Of a stretch of 11,243 bases of DNA, positions 1 through 6,175 are shown in pieces. The translations under genes were made by a program, and so were the position numbers. The notes under the pieces are model-generated. The model ran no database searches and was not told the DNA's origin. It was given only the letters and a program-made list of their open reading frames with translations. Location of the stretch: the IMG/VR virus record IMGVR_UViG_3300045988_173323; one strand, given 5' to 3'. Source of the stretch: a virus. Position 1 is the first letter of the stretch; the number at the start of each line of letters is the position of its first letter.

Positions 1-255
1 AATTTCAGTATATTCAGGTGGAATAGATGGATAAAAGAACTCTTCAATTTGCTGAATCTCTTTTATTGTAATGCCTGGTTCAAAATCGCCAGACATAACA
101 ACAGCCGCCAATGTCTGAGCATCTGTAATTTCAGTGTGATTATACCACCTTTCCGCTCTTGTTTTTATAGTTGCTGTAGATTCTATAATACCTTCTGTCT
201 CAAAATAATCTGTAACCATTTTTACCGCGATTTCAATTAAATTTGTATTCATCAT
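1..255 (-). CDS. Hypothetical small protein, paralog of 648..944. N-terminus at 255; the C-terminal end runs off the window edge.
   Basis: My own minus-strand translation from ATG (revcomp of cat 253-255) gives MMNTNLIEIAVKMVTDYFETEGI...RWYNHTEITDAQTLAAVVMSGDFEPGITIKEIQQIEEFFYPSIPPEYTEI. It aligns along its length with the 648..944 product (WYNxTEITDAxTLAAV, SGDF.PGITIKEI.QI.EFF). RBS AAGAAAGAGGTA precedes it. The ORF is still open at position 1. Confidence 0.65.
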   Translation of the reverse strand, partial: MMNTNLIEIAVKMVTDYFETEGIIESTATIKTRAERWYNHTEITDAQTLAAVVMSGDFEPGITIKEIQQIEEFFYPSIPPEYTEI

Positions 256-288
256 ATACATTACCTCTTTCTTTCTTTTGATATAATA

Positions 289-297
289 ATTATATCA
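289..297 (-). promoter_or_regulatory. Extended -10 promoter (TGaTATAAT on the minus strand) for gene 1..255, with no good -35.
   Basis: Minus strand reads ttaTGATATAATtattatatcaaaagaaagaaagaggtaATG. The same -10 to leader architecture recurs at the other minus-strand promoters. Confidence 0.5.
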
Positions 298-314
298 TAA
301 TTTTTAAAAAAAAT

Positions 315-352
315 AAAGTTATATAAATATAAACAACTATTTATATAACTTT
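315..352 (-). terminator. Rho-independent terminator for the 944..378 operon.
   Basis: Perfect 15-bp stem: aaagttatataaata (315-329) pairs with tatttatataacttt (338-352). On the minus strand it is followed by a T-run (plus 301-314 is A/T-rich, aaaaaaaa). Confidence 0.6.
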
Positions 353-377
353 ATGCTCTATTATTTTATTCTTTTAA

Positions 378-626
378 TTAAAAGAAATCATCTTCATCTT
401 CATCTATTGCTTTTCCATAGCTATCATCTACTTCTAAAGCGTGCTTCATTTCATAAGCCATGAAAAGACCTACTATGAAGCTAACTATTATTATAGATAT
501 AACTGATGCTACCCAAAGCGATAAACCAAAAGCACAACTTATAATAAGTCCAAGACAATAAATCCCTCCAAGGTACAACATAATTGTTCCCAATATGTAA
601 GCAATCTCCATTAAAAAGAAAAACAT
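378..626 (-). CDS. Small hydrophobic (about 2-TM) membrane protein with an acidic C-terminal tail ending ...DEDEDDFF.
   Basis: 82-aa ORF. RBS AAGGAGaaaattaaaATG. Two long hydrophobic stretches (ILGTIMLYLGGIYCLGLIISCAFGLSLWVASVISIIIVSFIVGLF). It sits immediately downstream of, and is co-oriented with, 648..944. Confidence 0.7.
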   Translation of the reverse strand: MFFFLMEIAYILGTIMLYLGGIYCLGLIISCAFGLSLWVASVISIIIVSFIVGLFMAYEMKHALEVDDSYGKAIDEDEDDFF

Positions 627-647
627 TTTAATTTTCTCCTTCTCATT

Positions 648-944
648 TTATTTTATTTCCTCCATCATCATATCTCCGTCATAAAGGATATATTCTGGCG
701 GAGTATGTGGAAAGAAAAATTCTTTAATTTGTTCAATCTCTTTTATTGTAATACCCGGCTTAAAATCTCCTGAAAGTGTAACTGCCGCCAGTGTTTCAGC
801 GTCAGTAATCTCAGTGTAATTATACCAGTTTTCTGCTTTTGCTTTAAAATTTGCTTTTAAATCTAAAGTTAGCGGGAAACCCTCTAATTTAAAAAAAGTT
901 TCAATTTTTTTCATTGTAGCTTCGATCAGTTTTGTGTTTGTCAT
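648..944 (-). CDS. Hypothetical small protein (about 98 aa), paralog of 1..255.
   Basis: Track ORF 648..950. I place the start at the second ATG (944, MTNTKL...) because GAGGT lies 7 nt upstream; the first ATG is only 2 nt from the SD. The product is paralogous to the 1..255 product. Confidence 0.75.
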   Translation of the reverse strand: MTNTKLIEATMKKIETFFKLEGFPLTLDLKANFKAKAENWYNYTEITDAETLAAVTLSGDFKPGITIKEIEQIKEFFFPHTPPEYILYDGDMMMEEIK

Positions 945-972
945 ATGCATTACCTCTTTCTTTTGATATGTT

Positions 973-981
973 TATTATATC
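973..981 (-). promoter_or_regulatory. Extended -10 promoter (TGaTATAAT) plus conserved leader for 648..944.
   Basis: Minus strand reads tTGATATAATaaacatatcaaaagaaagaggtaATGcatATG. Confidence 0.5.
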
Positions 982-1033
982 ATAAATTTTAAAAATAATA
1001 AAGTATATTTCTTTTATTAAGATAAAAAAAATT

Positions 1034-1072
1034 ATTATAATTAAGCAGTATTTTATACTGCTTAATTATAAT
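1034..1072 (-). terminator. Rho-independent terminator ending the SprT-like/AAA ATPase operon.
   Basis: About 16-bp perfect stem (attataattaagcagtat / atactgcttaattataat) with a 3-nt loop. The plus-strand A-run 1021-1030 gives a T-run after the stem on the minus strand. It lies 20 bp downstream of stop 1089. Confidence 0.7.
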
Positions 1073-1088
1073 ATAAAATAAAATTAAA

Positions 1089-2201
1089 TTAAAGTGCATA
1101 ATGAATTCTTTCACTAGGAATTTTTTTAATCAGCATATATTCTGGTTTTGCAGAAATATATTTATTGTAAAGCTCTAAGCTTTGTTTAACTTCTGAATCA
1201 TTTAAGCTTTCATTAATAACACACTGTAAAGATTTACCTGGAATAATACAGCCATGTTCTTTATTGTAAATAGCATCTTTTGGGTTGAAAGTACACATTA
1301 GTACGTCAAACTTAAAAACGCTATCTTCAAATTCATAGATTCTGCTCTTATTATCAAACATATCTACTAAACAATGGGGACATTCCGCAATAGCTCCATT
1401 CGAAAAATGAATAGTTAAATTATAATTATCACCAGTAAGATGCAAAATATTCAAATCTTTAATAGCCTCTTCAAAAGTTTCTTCGTTTTGTAATTCAAAA
1501 GCAATGGCTCTTAAACAATCATAATTCAAATATATTTTTTCTGAAAAACTAATTATTTTATCAATTTCTTTATATTGAGATTTTAAGAGATGATCTTCCA
1601 TATACTCACGAATTTCCTCTGGGGTCGGATATTCAAAGCGGAAGTGATAATGAAAACGCCCTGGTCTATTAACTAAATAATTATTTAATCCTGTTAAAAT
1701 ATTACAAGTAATAACAAAAAGTTTTTTACCCATGGCTATTCCATCAAACAAACTTAGCAATTCTGTTTGAGCTTTTTCATTTCCACTTCTGGAAAAAGTC
1801 TTATCAAATTCATCAAAAAGAATTATCACTTCTTGATTAATAGAGTTAAGATAACTTGCTATACCAGGTATATAGTTATTGACAATAATAATTGGATAAC
1901 CTTTTTTAATACCTTCAATAGCAAGAAGTTTTGAGAATAGAGATTTACCAATCCCTTTATCCCCGCTTAATATAACTCCTAAGTTGCGGTCAAATTTAGC
2001 GTAAGACCTTAGTACTTTCTGTACTTTTGATAAATGGACACCATAAATTTTTTCATTTACTTTAATTTCTGCATATTTTTCTAAAGAAAAACCAGAATTG
2101 GGATTAAAACAAACTTGATACGATTGCGGCGGAAGTTGCGTATAAATTTGCATACTGTCATCATAAATTTTAAAGTTATTTCCAGTATTTATTGCTCTCA
2201 T
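1089..2201 (-). CDS. AAA+ ATPase, classic clade, with a C-terminal Cys-containing domain.
   Basis: 370 aa. Walker A GDKGIGKS (aa 80-87). Walker B IILFDEFD (126-131). Sensor-1 VITCN (N167). RPGRF arginine-finger region (179-183). The C-terminal 100 aa carry CPHC...C...HGC...C. RBS aaaggaatactttATG. Confidence 0.85.
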   Translation of the reverse strand: MRAINTGNNFKIYDDSMQIYTQLPPQSYQVCFNPNSGFSLEKYAEIKVNEKIYGVHLSKVQKVLRSYAKFDRNLGVILSGDKGIGKSLFSKLLAIEGIKKGYPIIIVNNYIPGIASYLNSINQEVIILFDEFDKTFSRSGNEKAQTELLSLFDGIAMGKKLFVITCNILTGLNNYLVNRPGRFHYHFRFEYPTPEEIREYMEDHLLKSQYKEIDKIISFSEKIYLNYDCLRAIAFELQNEETFEEAIKDLNILHLTGDNYNLTIHFSNGAIAECPHCLVDMFDNKSRIYEFEDSVFKFDVLMCTFNPKDAIYNKEHGCIIPGKSLQCVINESLNDSEVKQSLELYNKYISAKPEYMLIKKIPSERIHYAL

Positions 2202-2250
2202 AAAGTATTCCTTTCTTTTATTTATATTATAGTATATTTTTTTAAAAAAA

Positions 2251-2757
2251 TCAATTCCAATTTTGCACGATTCTCAGAGGAGCGTTACAACAACCAGAAG
2301 CCAAAGCACTTTCTCCTCTTGTTAAAGAGGAAGAAACATCTCCACGAGCTACTAGTTTACCGCATTTTTTGCAATAGATTTCATACTTATACAGATCACG
2401 ATGAGGTTTCCATATCTGTCCTTCCGCGAATCGTTTAGGATTTTTAATTCCCATTCTTCGCATCTCTGCTTTCCAATACATATCATGACCATGAGGTTTT
2501 CCAGTATCCCATATTACAAAAGCATGAGCCAATTCATGCATTGTCGTAGTAATAATTGCTTCTTTTGTTCCAAATTTTAATAATTTTTCAGAAAATTCAA
2601 TAGATTCAATGTTCATAGTACGATCATTTGTATGTTCAAATACAACTCGACCTAACATAGTAACTAAATTAGGATTAATTACGATTGGACAGTAAATTGT
2701 TTTATTTCTTTCTTTTGCGATATAATTACATAAGCTAAGCATTTCTTTTTCAGTCAT
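2251..2757 (-). CDS. SprT/Wss1-like zinc metalloprotease with C-terminal zinc-ribbon-like Cys cluster.
   Basis: 168 aa. HExxH motif TTMHELAHAF. Downstream H (GKPHGH). C-terminus YCKKCGK...GCCNAP. RBS gaagaggtatataatatATG. It sits 50 bp upstream of, and co-oriented with, the ATPase gene, so an operon is likely. Confidence 0.75.
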   Translation of the reverse strand: MTEKEMLSLCNYIAKERNKTIYCPIVINPNLVTMLGRVVFEHTNDRTMNIESIEFSEKLLKFGTKEAIITTTMHELAHAFVIWDTGKPHGHDMYWKAEMRRMGIKNPKRFAEGQIWKPHRDLYKYEIYCKKCGKLVARGDVSSSLTRGESALASGCCNAPLRIVQNWN

Positions 2758-2821
2758 ATATTATATACCTCTTCATATTTTATTTTATTTCATTTCAATA
2801 GAGAATTACAGTATTAATTCT

Positions 2822-2841
2822 TAGTTAATTGTTATTAACTA
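2822..2841. promoter_or_regulatory. Operator-like palindrome (8-bp arms, 4-bp spacer) in the leader of the SprT-ATPase operon.
   Basis: tagttaat-tgtt-attaacta, with perfectly complementary arms. It lies between the minus-strand TSS at about 2861 and the start codon at 2757, and is adjacent to the divergent HTH gene. Confidence 0.45.
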
Positions 2842-2867
2842 TATAACTTTTTTCTTTTAATATATAT

Positions 2868-2896
2868 ATTATATTATAATTTTATAAAAAAATCAA
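2868..2896 (-). promoter_or_regulatory. Sigma-A-type promoter (TTGATT, 17 bp, TATAAT) for the 2757..1089 operon.
   Basis: Minus strand reads caTTGATTtttttataaaattataaTATAAT. The -35 is plus 2891-2896 and the -10 is plus 2868-2873. Confidence 0.5.
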
Positions 2897-2924
2897 TGAG
2901 AAATTATCGGCAAGTAGTTAAATA

Positions 2925-2953
2925 TTGAAAAAGTATAAAAAATATGTTATAAT
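2925..2953 (+). promoter_or_regulatory. Sigma-A-type promoter (TTGAAA, 17 bp, TATAAT) for the plus-strand operon 2988..4311.
   Basis: TTGAAA at 2925-2930 and TATAAT at 2948-2953 with an exact 17-bp spacer. It is back-to-back with the divergent minus promoter. Confidence 0.6.
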
Positions 2954-2987
2954 ATTTAATATAAACAAGAGAAAAGAGGACACGGGA

Positions 2988-3164
2988 TTGACAAGAGAAG
3001 AATTAAGTGCGGAATTGGGTATAAGTGAGAATAGAATATTACGTCACTGGCGGGAAGTGTGTAATAGCTATGAGCGGATTGGGATTAAGTTGATTAAAAG
3101 AGGGAAGGGAAAAAACGCGGAGTATGGTATTTTAAAAAAAGACGAGACTGTAGCAAGATTTTAG
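2988..3164 (+). CDS. Small helix-turn-helix DNA-binding protein (about 59 aa) with a probable TTG start. Candidate regulator of the divergent operon.
   Basis: The track ORF begins at TTG 2925, which is itself the -35 of the promoter. In frame, TTG 2988 is preceded by AAAGAGGA at 7-nt spacing. The product MTREELSAELGISENRILRHWRE... has an HTH-like segment. Confidence 0.55.
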   Translation: MTREELSAELGISENRILRHWREVCNSYERIGIKLIKRGKGKNAEYGILKKDETVARF

Positions 3165-3174
3165 AGGAGAATAT

Positions 3175-3444
3175 ATGATAACGGTTGAGAATATTACAAA
3201 TGGAACTGTAAATACATATAGCAATTTTGGTTGCAATCACATAAATATAGAACAAAATAAAAAAGAAGGTTGGGGAATATGTAAATATCTCGTTTCTGGA
3301 GAATTGTGTTTGTGCGGCAAGGAGAAGATTTTAATGAAAGATATTGGTAATAATTGTACTAGATGTCTTTCATATGAACCAGAACCAGAAGAAGAAGAAG
3401 AGGAAGATTTTGACGCGGATGAAGCTGACTATGAAGATCTTTAA
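3175..3444 (+). CDS. Cys-rich small protein with a highly acidic C-terminal tail.
   Basis: 89 aa. RBS GGAGaatatATG. Six Cys (C20, C36, C45, C47, C61, C64 in GCNH...C...CLC...CTRC). Tail EPEPEEEEEEDFDADEADYEDL. Confidence 0.7.
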   Translation: MITVENITNGTVNTYSNFGCNHINIEQNKKEGWGICKYLVSGELCLCGKEKILMKDIGNNCTRCLSYEPEPEEEEEEDFDADEADYEDL

Positions 3445-3595
3445 AGTGAGAATTGCCGCGTTATAAAAAAAATAGAGGATTTTTTTTGGAGAGAATTTTA
3501 AGATAAGAGGATAATATGACGAGAAAAGTTTAGCTGTTTTGTTAAAAGACGAATTAAAAAGCTCTAATCGTTAAGAAAAAATTTAACAAAAGGTG

Positions 3596-3649
3596 TTGAA
3601 AAAGTGTACAAACCAATGATTTGTTGAAATTTTTAAGCAAATGTTGAAA
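3596..3649 (+). promoter_or_regulatory. Three direct TGTTGAAA repeats upstream of gene 3694..4311. Candidate operator or promoter-element array.
   Basis: TTGAAA at 3596-3601, 3624-3629 and 3644-3649, in contexts gtgTTGAAAaag, ttgTTGAAAttt and atgTTGAAAata. No well-spaced -10 partner is found, so a regulatory-site role is preferred over a plain promoter. Confidence 0.35.
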
Positions 3650-3693
3650 ATATTTTAAGTATAAATTTTATGTTTAAATATAAGGAGGGAAAT

Positions 3694-4311
3694 ATGGAAA
3701 TTCAAAAAAATTCAAGGCAAATACCTAGTAATAAAATTTATACTGCTAACAAGAAGTATTCAGATATTCTATATGGATATTTACAACATAATTCTCTTTT
3801 AGACAAAGAGTGCGGAATTAGGTATATACTTAAAAAAGATATTAGCTTCGTAAAAATTGCTAATGAATTAAAGATGCATAGACAAACAGTTTCAAATAAA
3901 TTTAAAGTTTTGATAGAACAAAATTTGATTAGATACAATGAAGAATTAAAAAGATATGAATTAGTTACTATTGATAAAACATTAGCAACTTTATTGCCAG
4001 ATGAAACAGTTAGGATTTGTTATAACACTTTGCAAGATAGATGTTTAAGTATATTGGCTTATTTATTAAAAACTTATATTCAACATAATGAATCTTCTTG
4101 TCAAATAAATTTAGATGTTATAAAAGAATATGTTGGAATTTGTGTTTCAAATAGAGGGTGTAATAATCAGGTTATAAAGGATAGTCTTTTAATATTGCAA
4201 AAGTTAGGTTTTATTCAGTACCATACAGAAAGAAAATTAGATGAGGAAACAGGTGGTATAAGAACTATTTATATTTTAGATAAAGTGTATAATTTTGTTA
4301 CTTTTGATTAA
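3694..4311 (+). CDS. HTH-containing DNA-binding protein (205 aa). Function is undetermined: regulator, or possibly a replication/initiator-type protein.
   Basis: Start moved to ATG 3694 (TAAGGAGGgaaatATG). Track start 3670 has no SD. HTH-like segment: IANELKMHRQTVSNKFKVLIEQNLI. Confidence 0.8.
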   Translation: MEIQKNSRQIPSNKIYTANKKYSDILYGYLQHNSLLDKECGIRYILKKDISFVKIANELKMHRQTVSNKFKVLIEQNLIRYNEELKRYELVTIDKTLATLLPDETVRICYNTLQDRCLSILAYLLKTYIQHNESSCQINLDVIKEYVGICVSNRGCNNQVIKDSLLILQKLGFIQYHTERKLDEETGGIRTIYILDKVYNFVTFD

Positions 4312-4341
4312 AAGATATAGTAAATAAAATACTAAGTAAAA

Positions 4342-4498
4342 TTGCAAAATGTCGAAAAAGTGTAACACAATATAATAGTAGAAGTAATTTCATTACTTCG
4401 TATTCAAGCACTTCGTGCTTTCATACTCGTAATGAAATTACTTCTTAGCCGCCGATAATTTTGCAAAATGTCGAAAAAGTGTAACACAATATAATAGT
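4342..4498. repeat. 38-bp exact direct repeat (4342-4379 and 4461-4498) flanking a 66-bp inverted-repeat element (4380-4445).
   Basis: DR is ttgcaaaatgtcgaaaaagtgtaacacaatataatagt. Each copy carries TGTCGAA at 4350-4356 / 4469-4475 and a TATAAT. The element between them has 17-bp perfect outer arms (agaagtaatttcattac / gtaatgaaattacttct) and an inner gcac-ttc-gtgc hairpin. Confidence 0.8.
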
Positions 4499-4570
4499 GG
4501 TATTAAAATTATACCAGAAATATTATATTATATATTATACATAACTATTATATAATAATAATAATAATAT

Positions 4571-4607
4571 AGGTAATGTATCATACCGAAGGTATGATAC
4601 ATTACCT
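4571..4607. repeat. Perfect palindrome or hairpin (17-bp stem, 3-nt loop) preceded by an (ATA)n run.
   Basis: aggtaatgtatcatacc-gaa-ggtatgatacattacct. No flanking T-run on either strand, so not a canonical terminator. Confidence 0.75.
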
Positions 4608-4619
4608 TAGTGTAAATTA

Positions 4620-5400
4620 AAATGAAGAGTTTTATGCGGGGTGGGGTATTTAGTAGTTGAATCCGCTTTGTTTTAGAGGGACTCTTGTTTAATTTTAAAA
4701 TGTCAAGGAACGTTTTAAAAAATGATTTGAAAATTTTAAGGTTTAAGTAAATTAGGAAAGTTTTTCGGAAGGCATGAGAAAAAGTAAGAAAAGAAGTATG
4801 GTATATTTAGAGAATGGCAAAGAATATTACTGAATAATAACAAAGAGTTAGAGAGTTTTGTTAAAAACGAGTTATGGTTTTTTGGTTAGAAAAGTGTGGA
4901 AGAGGGTATTTAAATTATAAGAGAAGTATGGGAGTGCGGAATTGAATTTAATTAAAGTGCTTCCGCATTTAAAAAGCAAGGTTAAATAAAAATTGCGGGT
5001 TACAGAATTGCTTAAATAAAATTATTAAAATTTTGCGTGAGGAGTTTGATTTTGGAGAGAATTAAGGGTAGCTTTAATAAAATATAAAGATTGGATTAAA
5101 GGTGCGTAAGGTTAAGATAATAAAATATTTTAGAATTAGAGGGAATTGAGGATAGGTTAGCAAAAATAATAAGACTGAGCAAAGAGAATTTAATGTTTGG
5201 GTTAAGAGAAAGTATAAGTTAGATTAAGAGAGAAGAAGGTTGAAGTATATAAAATAATAAGCGGAAGTGAGGATTTTGAGATTGGGTTAAGAGAGGAGTG
5301 AGATTAGAGTGAGAGAGCGTAGAATTGGAGTGTAGAGAGGATGAGAGTGAGGCGTGAGTGGAGAAAGGATAGAGCGAGGCTGAAAAAATGCGAGAAAAAG
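4620..5400 (+). other. About 780-bp strand-asymmetric non-coding tract. The + strand is purine-rich and nearly C-free (roughly 35 C, about 4-5%).
   Basis: I counted C per 60-nt line; nearly every line has 1-4, and 4921-4980 has 6. No ORF of credible composition exists on either strand. GAG/GTGAG-rich degenerate repeats occur, e.g. gggttaagaga twice and GAGGAnTTTGAnnTTGG twice. It lies between convergent genes. Confidence 0.7.
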
Positions 5401-5403
5401 GTG

Positions 5404-5441
5404 AAAAAAATTGTGAGAGTGAAGTGCTCAGCCTCACTCTC
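5404..5441 (-). terminator. Rho-independent terminator for gene 5463..5858.
   Basis: Stem gagagtga (5415-5422) pairs with tcactctc (5434-5441). On the minus strand it is followed by T7 (plus aaaaaaa 5404-5410). It lies 22 bp past stop 5463. Confidence 0.65.
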
Positions 5442-5462
5442 CCTATCCTACCTCAGAGCTCT

Positions 5463-5858
5463 TTATACGAGCCCAGAGAGGATTTTTCTAATAATTTCAT
5501 CATCTGACAGAGCTTTTTCATTCTCCCGTTTTACATCTCTTTTCAGTTTATCTGTATCTACTCTTTTAACTCTAATTCTTGTCCTTGGAAGACCATCCAT
5601 TTTACCAAAAGCTTCAATAGTCTTTTCCATCTTAGTAAACTCTGTCATAAGATTTTTTCTATCCTCAGCAGACTCTTTTTTATCAATAGCTCCAAGAGCA
5701 ATTCCATACGCTACAAACGCGTCAACCAATTTGTTTCTCGCATCTACAATCGCCTTTGTGCGGGTTTCCTTAGTCTGCTCCGCCTCGATTTCAGCTCTTA
5801 CCGCCTTAAGAATTTCATCTGTTGTTTTGCCTTCTGCGATCATTCTTTTAATATCCAT
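5463..5858 (-). CDS. Hypothetical charged, probably alpha-helical protein (131 aa).
   Basis: RBS AAAAGGAGaacatactATG. Normal amino-acid composition, Lys/Glu-rich (MDIKRMIAEGKTTDEILKAVRAEIEAEQ...). It has its own promoter and terminator. Confidence 0.8.
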   Translation of the reverse strand: MDIKRMIAEGKTTDEILKAVRAEIEAEQTKETRTKAIVDARNKLVDAFVAYGIALGAIDKKESAEDRKNLMTEFTKMEKTIEAFGKMDGLPRTRIRVKRVDTDKLKRDVKRENEKALSDDEIIRKILSGLV

Positions 5859-5905
5859 AGTATGTTCTCCTTTTGAAATGTTTATTTGTTTTTCTTTATG
5901 TATAT

Positions 5906-5934
5906 ATTATATCAAAAAATTATAGAAAATTCAA
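5906..5934 (-). promoter_or_regulatory. Sigma-A promoter (TTGAAT, 17 bp, TGaTATAAT) for 5463..5858.
   Basis: Minus strand reads ccTTTGAATtttctataattttttgaTATAAT. The -35 is plus 5929-5934 and the -10 is plus 5906-5911. Confidence 0.6.
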
Positions 5935-6175
5935 AGGGGAAGACATCTTTCTAGCTATTGTTGGGCTTAATTAGTTTCCAAAAATTTTAAATGAGATAAG
6001 GCTCGACGTAAAAATGGAAGGCGGAAAATAAAAATGGCTTTTTTTACTATTGTATCATATATTTTGTTAAAAATCAAGCGGAGAGAGGTGAGGTATGTTG
6101 AAATTGCGGGATTCTAGAGTAGTGATTCAAAATTCCAAACATCTAGCGAAAAAGCCCATATGGACGATCTTTGGG

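Noticed and set aside
49-240. Plus-strand 63-aa ORF at the window start.
   Set aside because: It is antisense to the family-C paralog 1..255, whose minus-strand translation aligns with 648..944.
2115-2438. 107-aa plus-strand ORF overlapping the ATPase/SprT junction.
   Set aside because: It is antisense to two well-supported genes and has no RBS.
2925-2987. Longer N-terminal extension of the small HTH protein (track start 2925, MKKYKKYVIIFNINKRKEDTG).
   Set aside because: The TTG at 2925 is the -35 hexamer of a consensus promoter whose -10 lies inside this extension, and there is no SD. The in-frame TTG at 2988 has a properly spaced AAAGAGGA.
3738-3938. Minus-strand 66-aa ORF inside gene 3694..4311.
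   Set aside because: It is fully embedded antisense in a gene with a good RBS, and has no signals of its own.
4342-4498. Possible mini-CRISPR array (38-bp repeat, 81-bp intervening sequence, 38-bp repeat).
   Set aside because: Only two repeats are present. The intervening sequence is itself a near-perfect palindrome, unlike a captured spacer. The repeat is not palindromic and carries promoter-like TATAAT and TGTCGAA boxes. No cas genes in the window.
5219-5437. 72-aa minus-strand ORF inside the C-depleted tract.
   Set aside because: The low-complexity S/L/F/P-rich product is a direct consequence of the pyrimidine-rich minus strand. No RBS or promoter.
5341-5925. 194-aa + strand ORF (MRVRREWRKDRARLKK…).
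   Set aside because: Its first third lies in the GA-rich low-complexity tract. The rest is antisense to the well-supported gene 5463..5858 and has a Ser/Leu/Ile-rich nonsense-like composition. No RBS.
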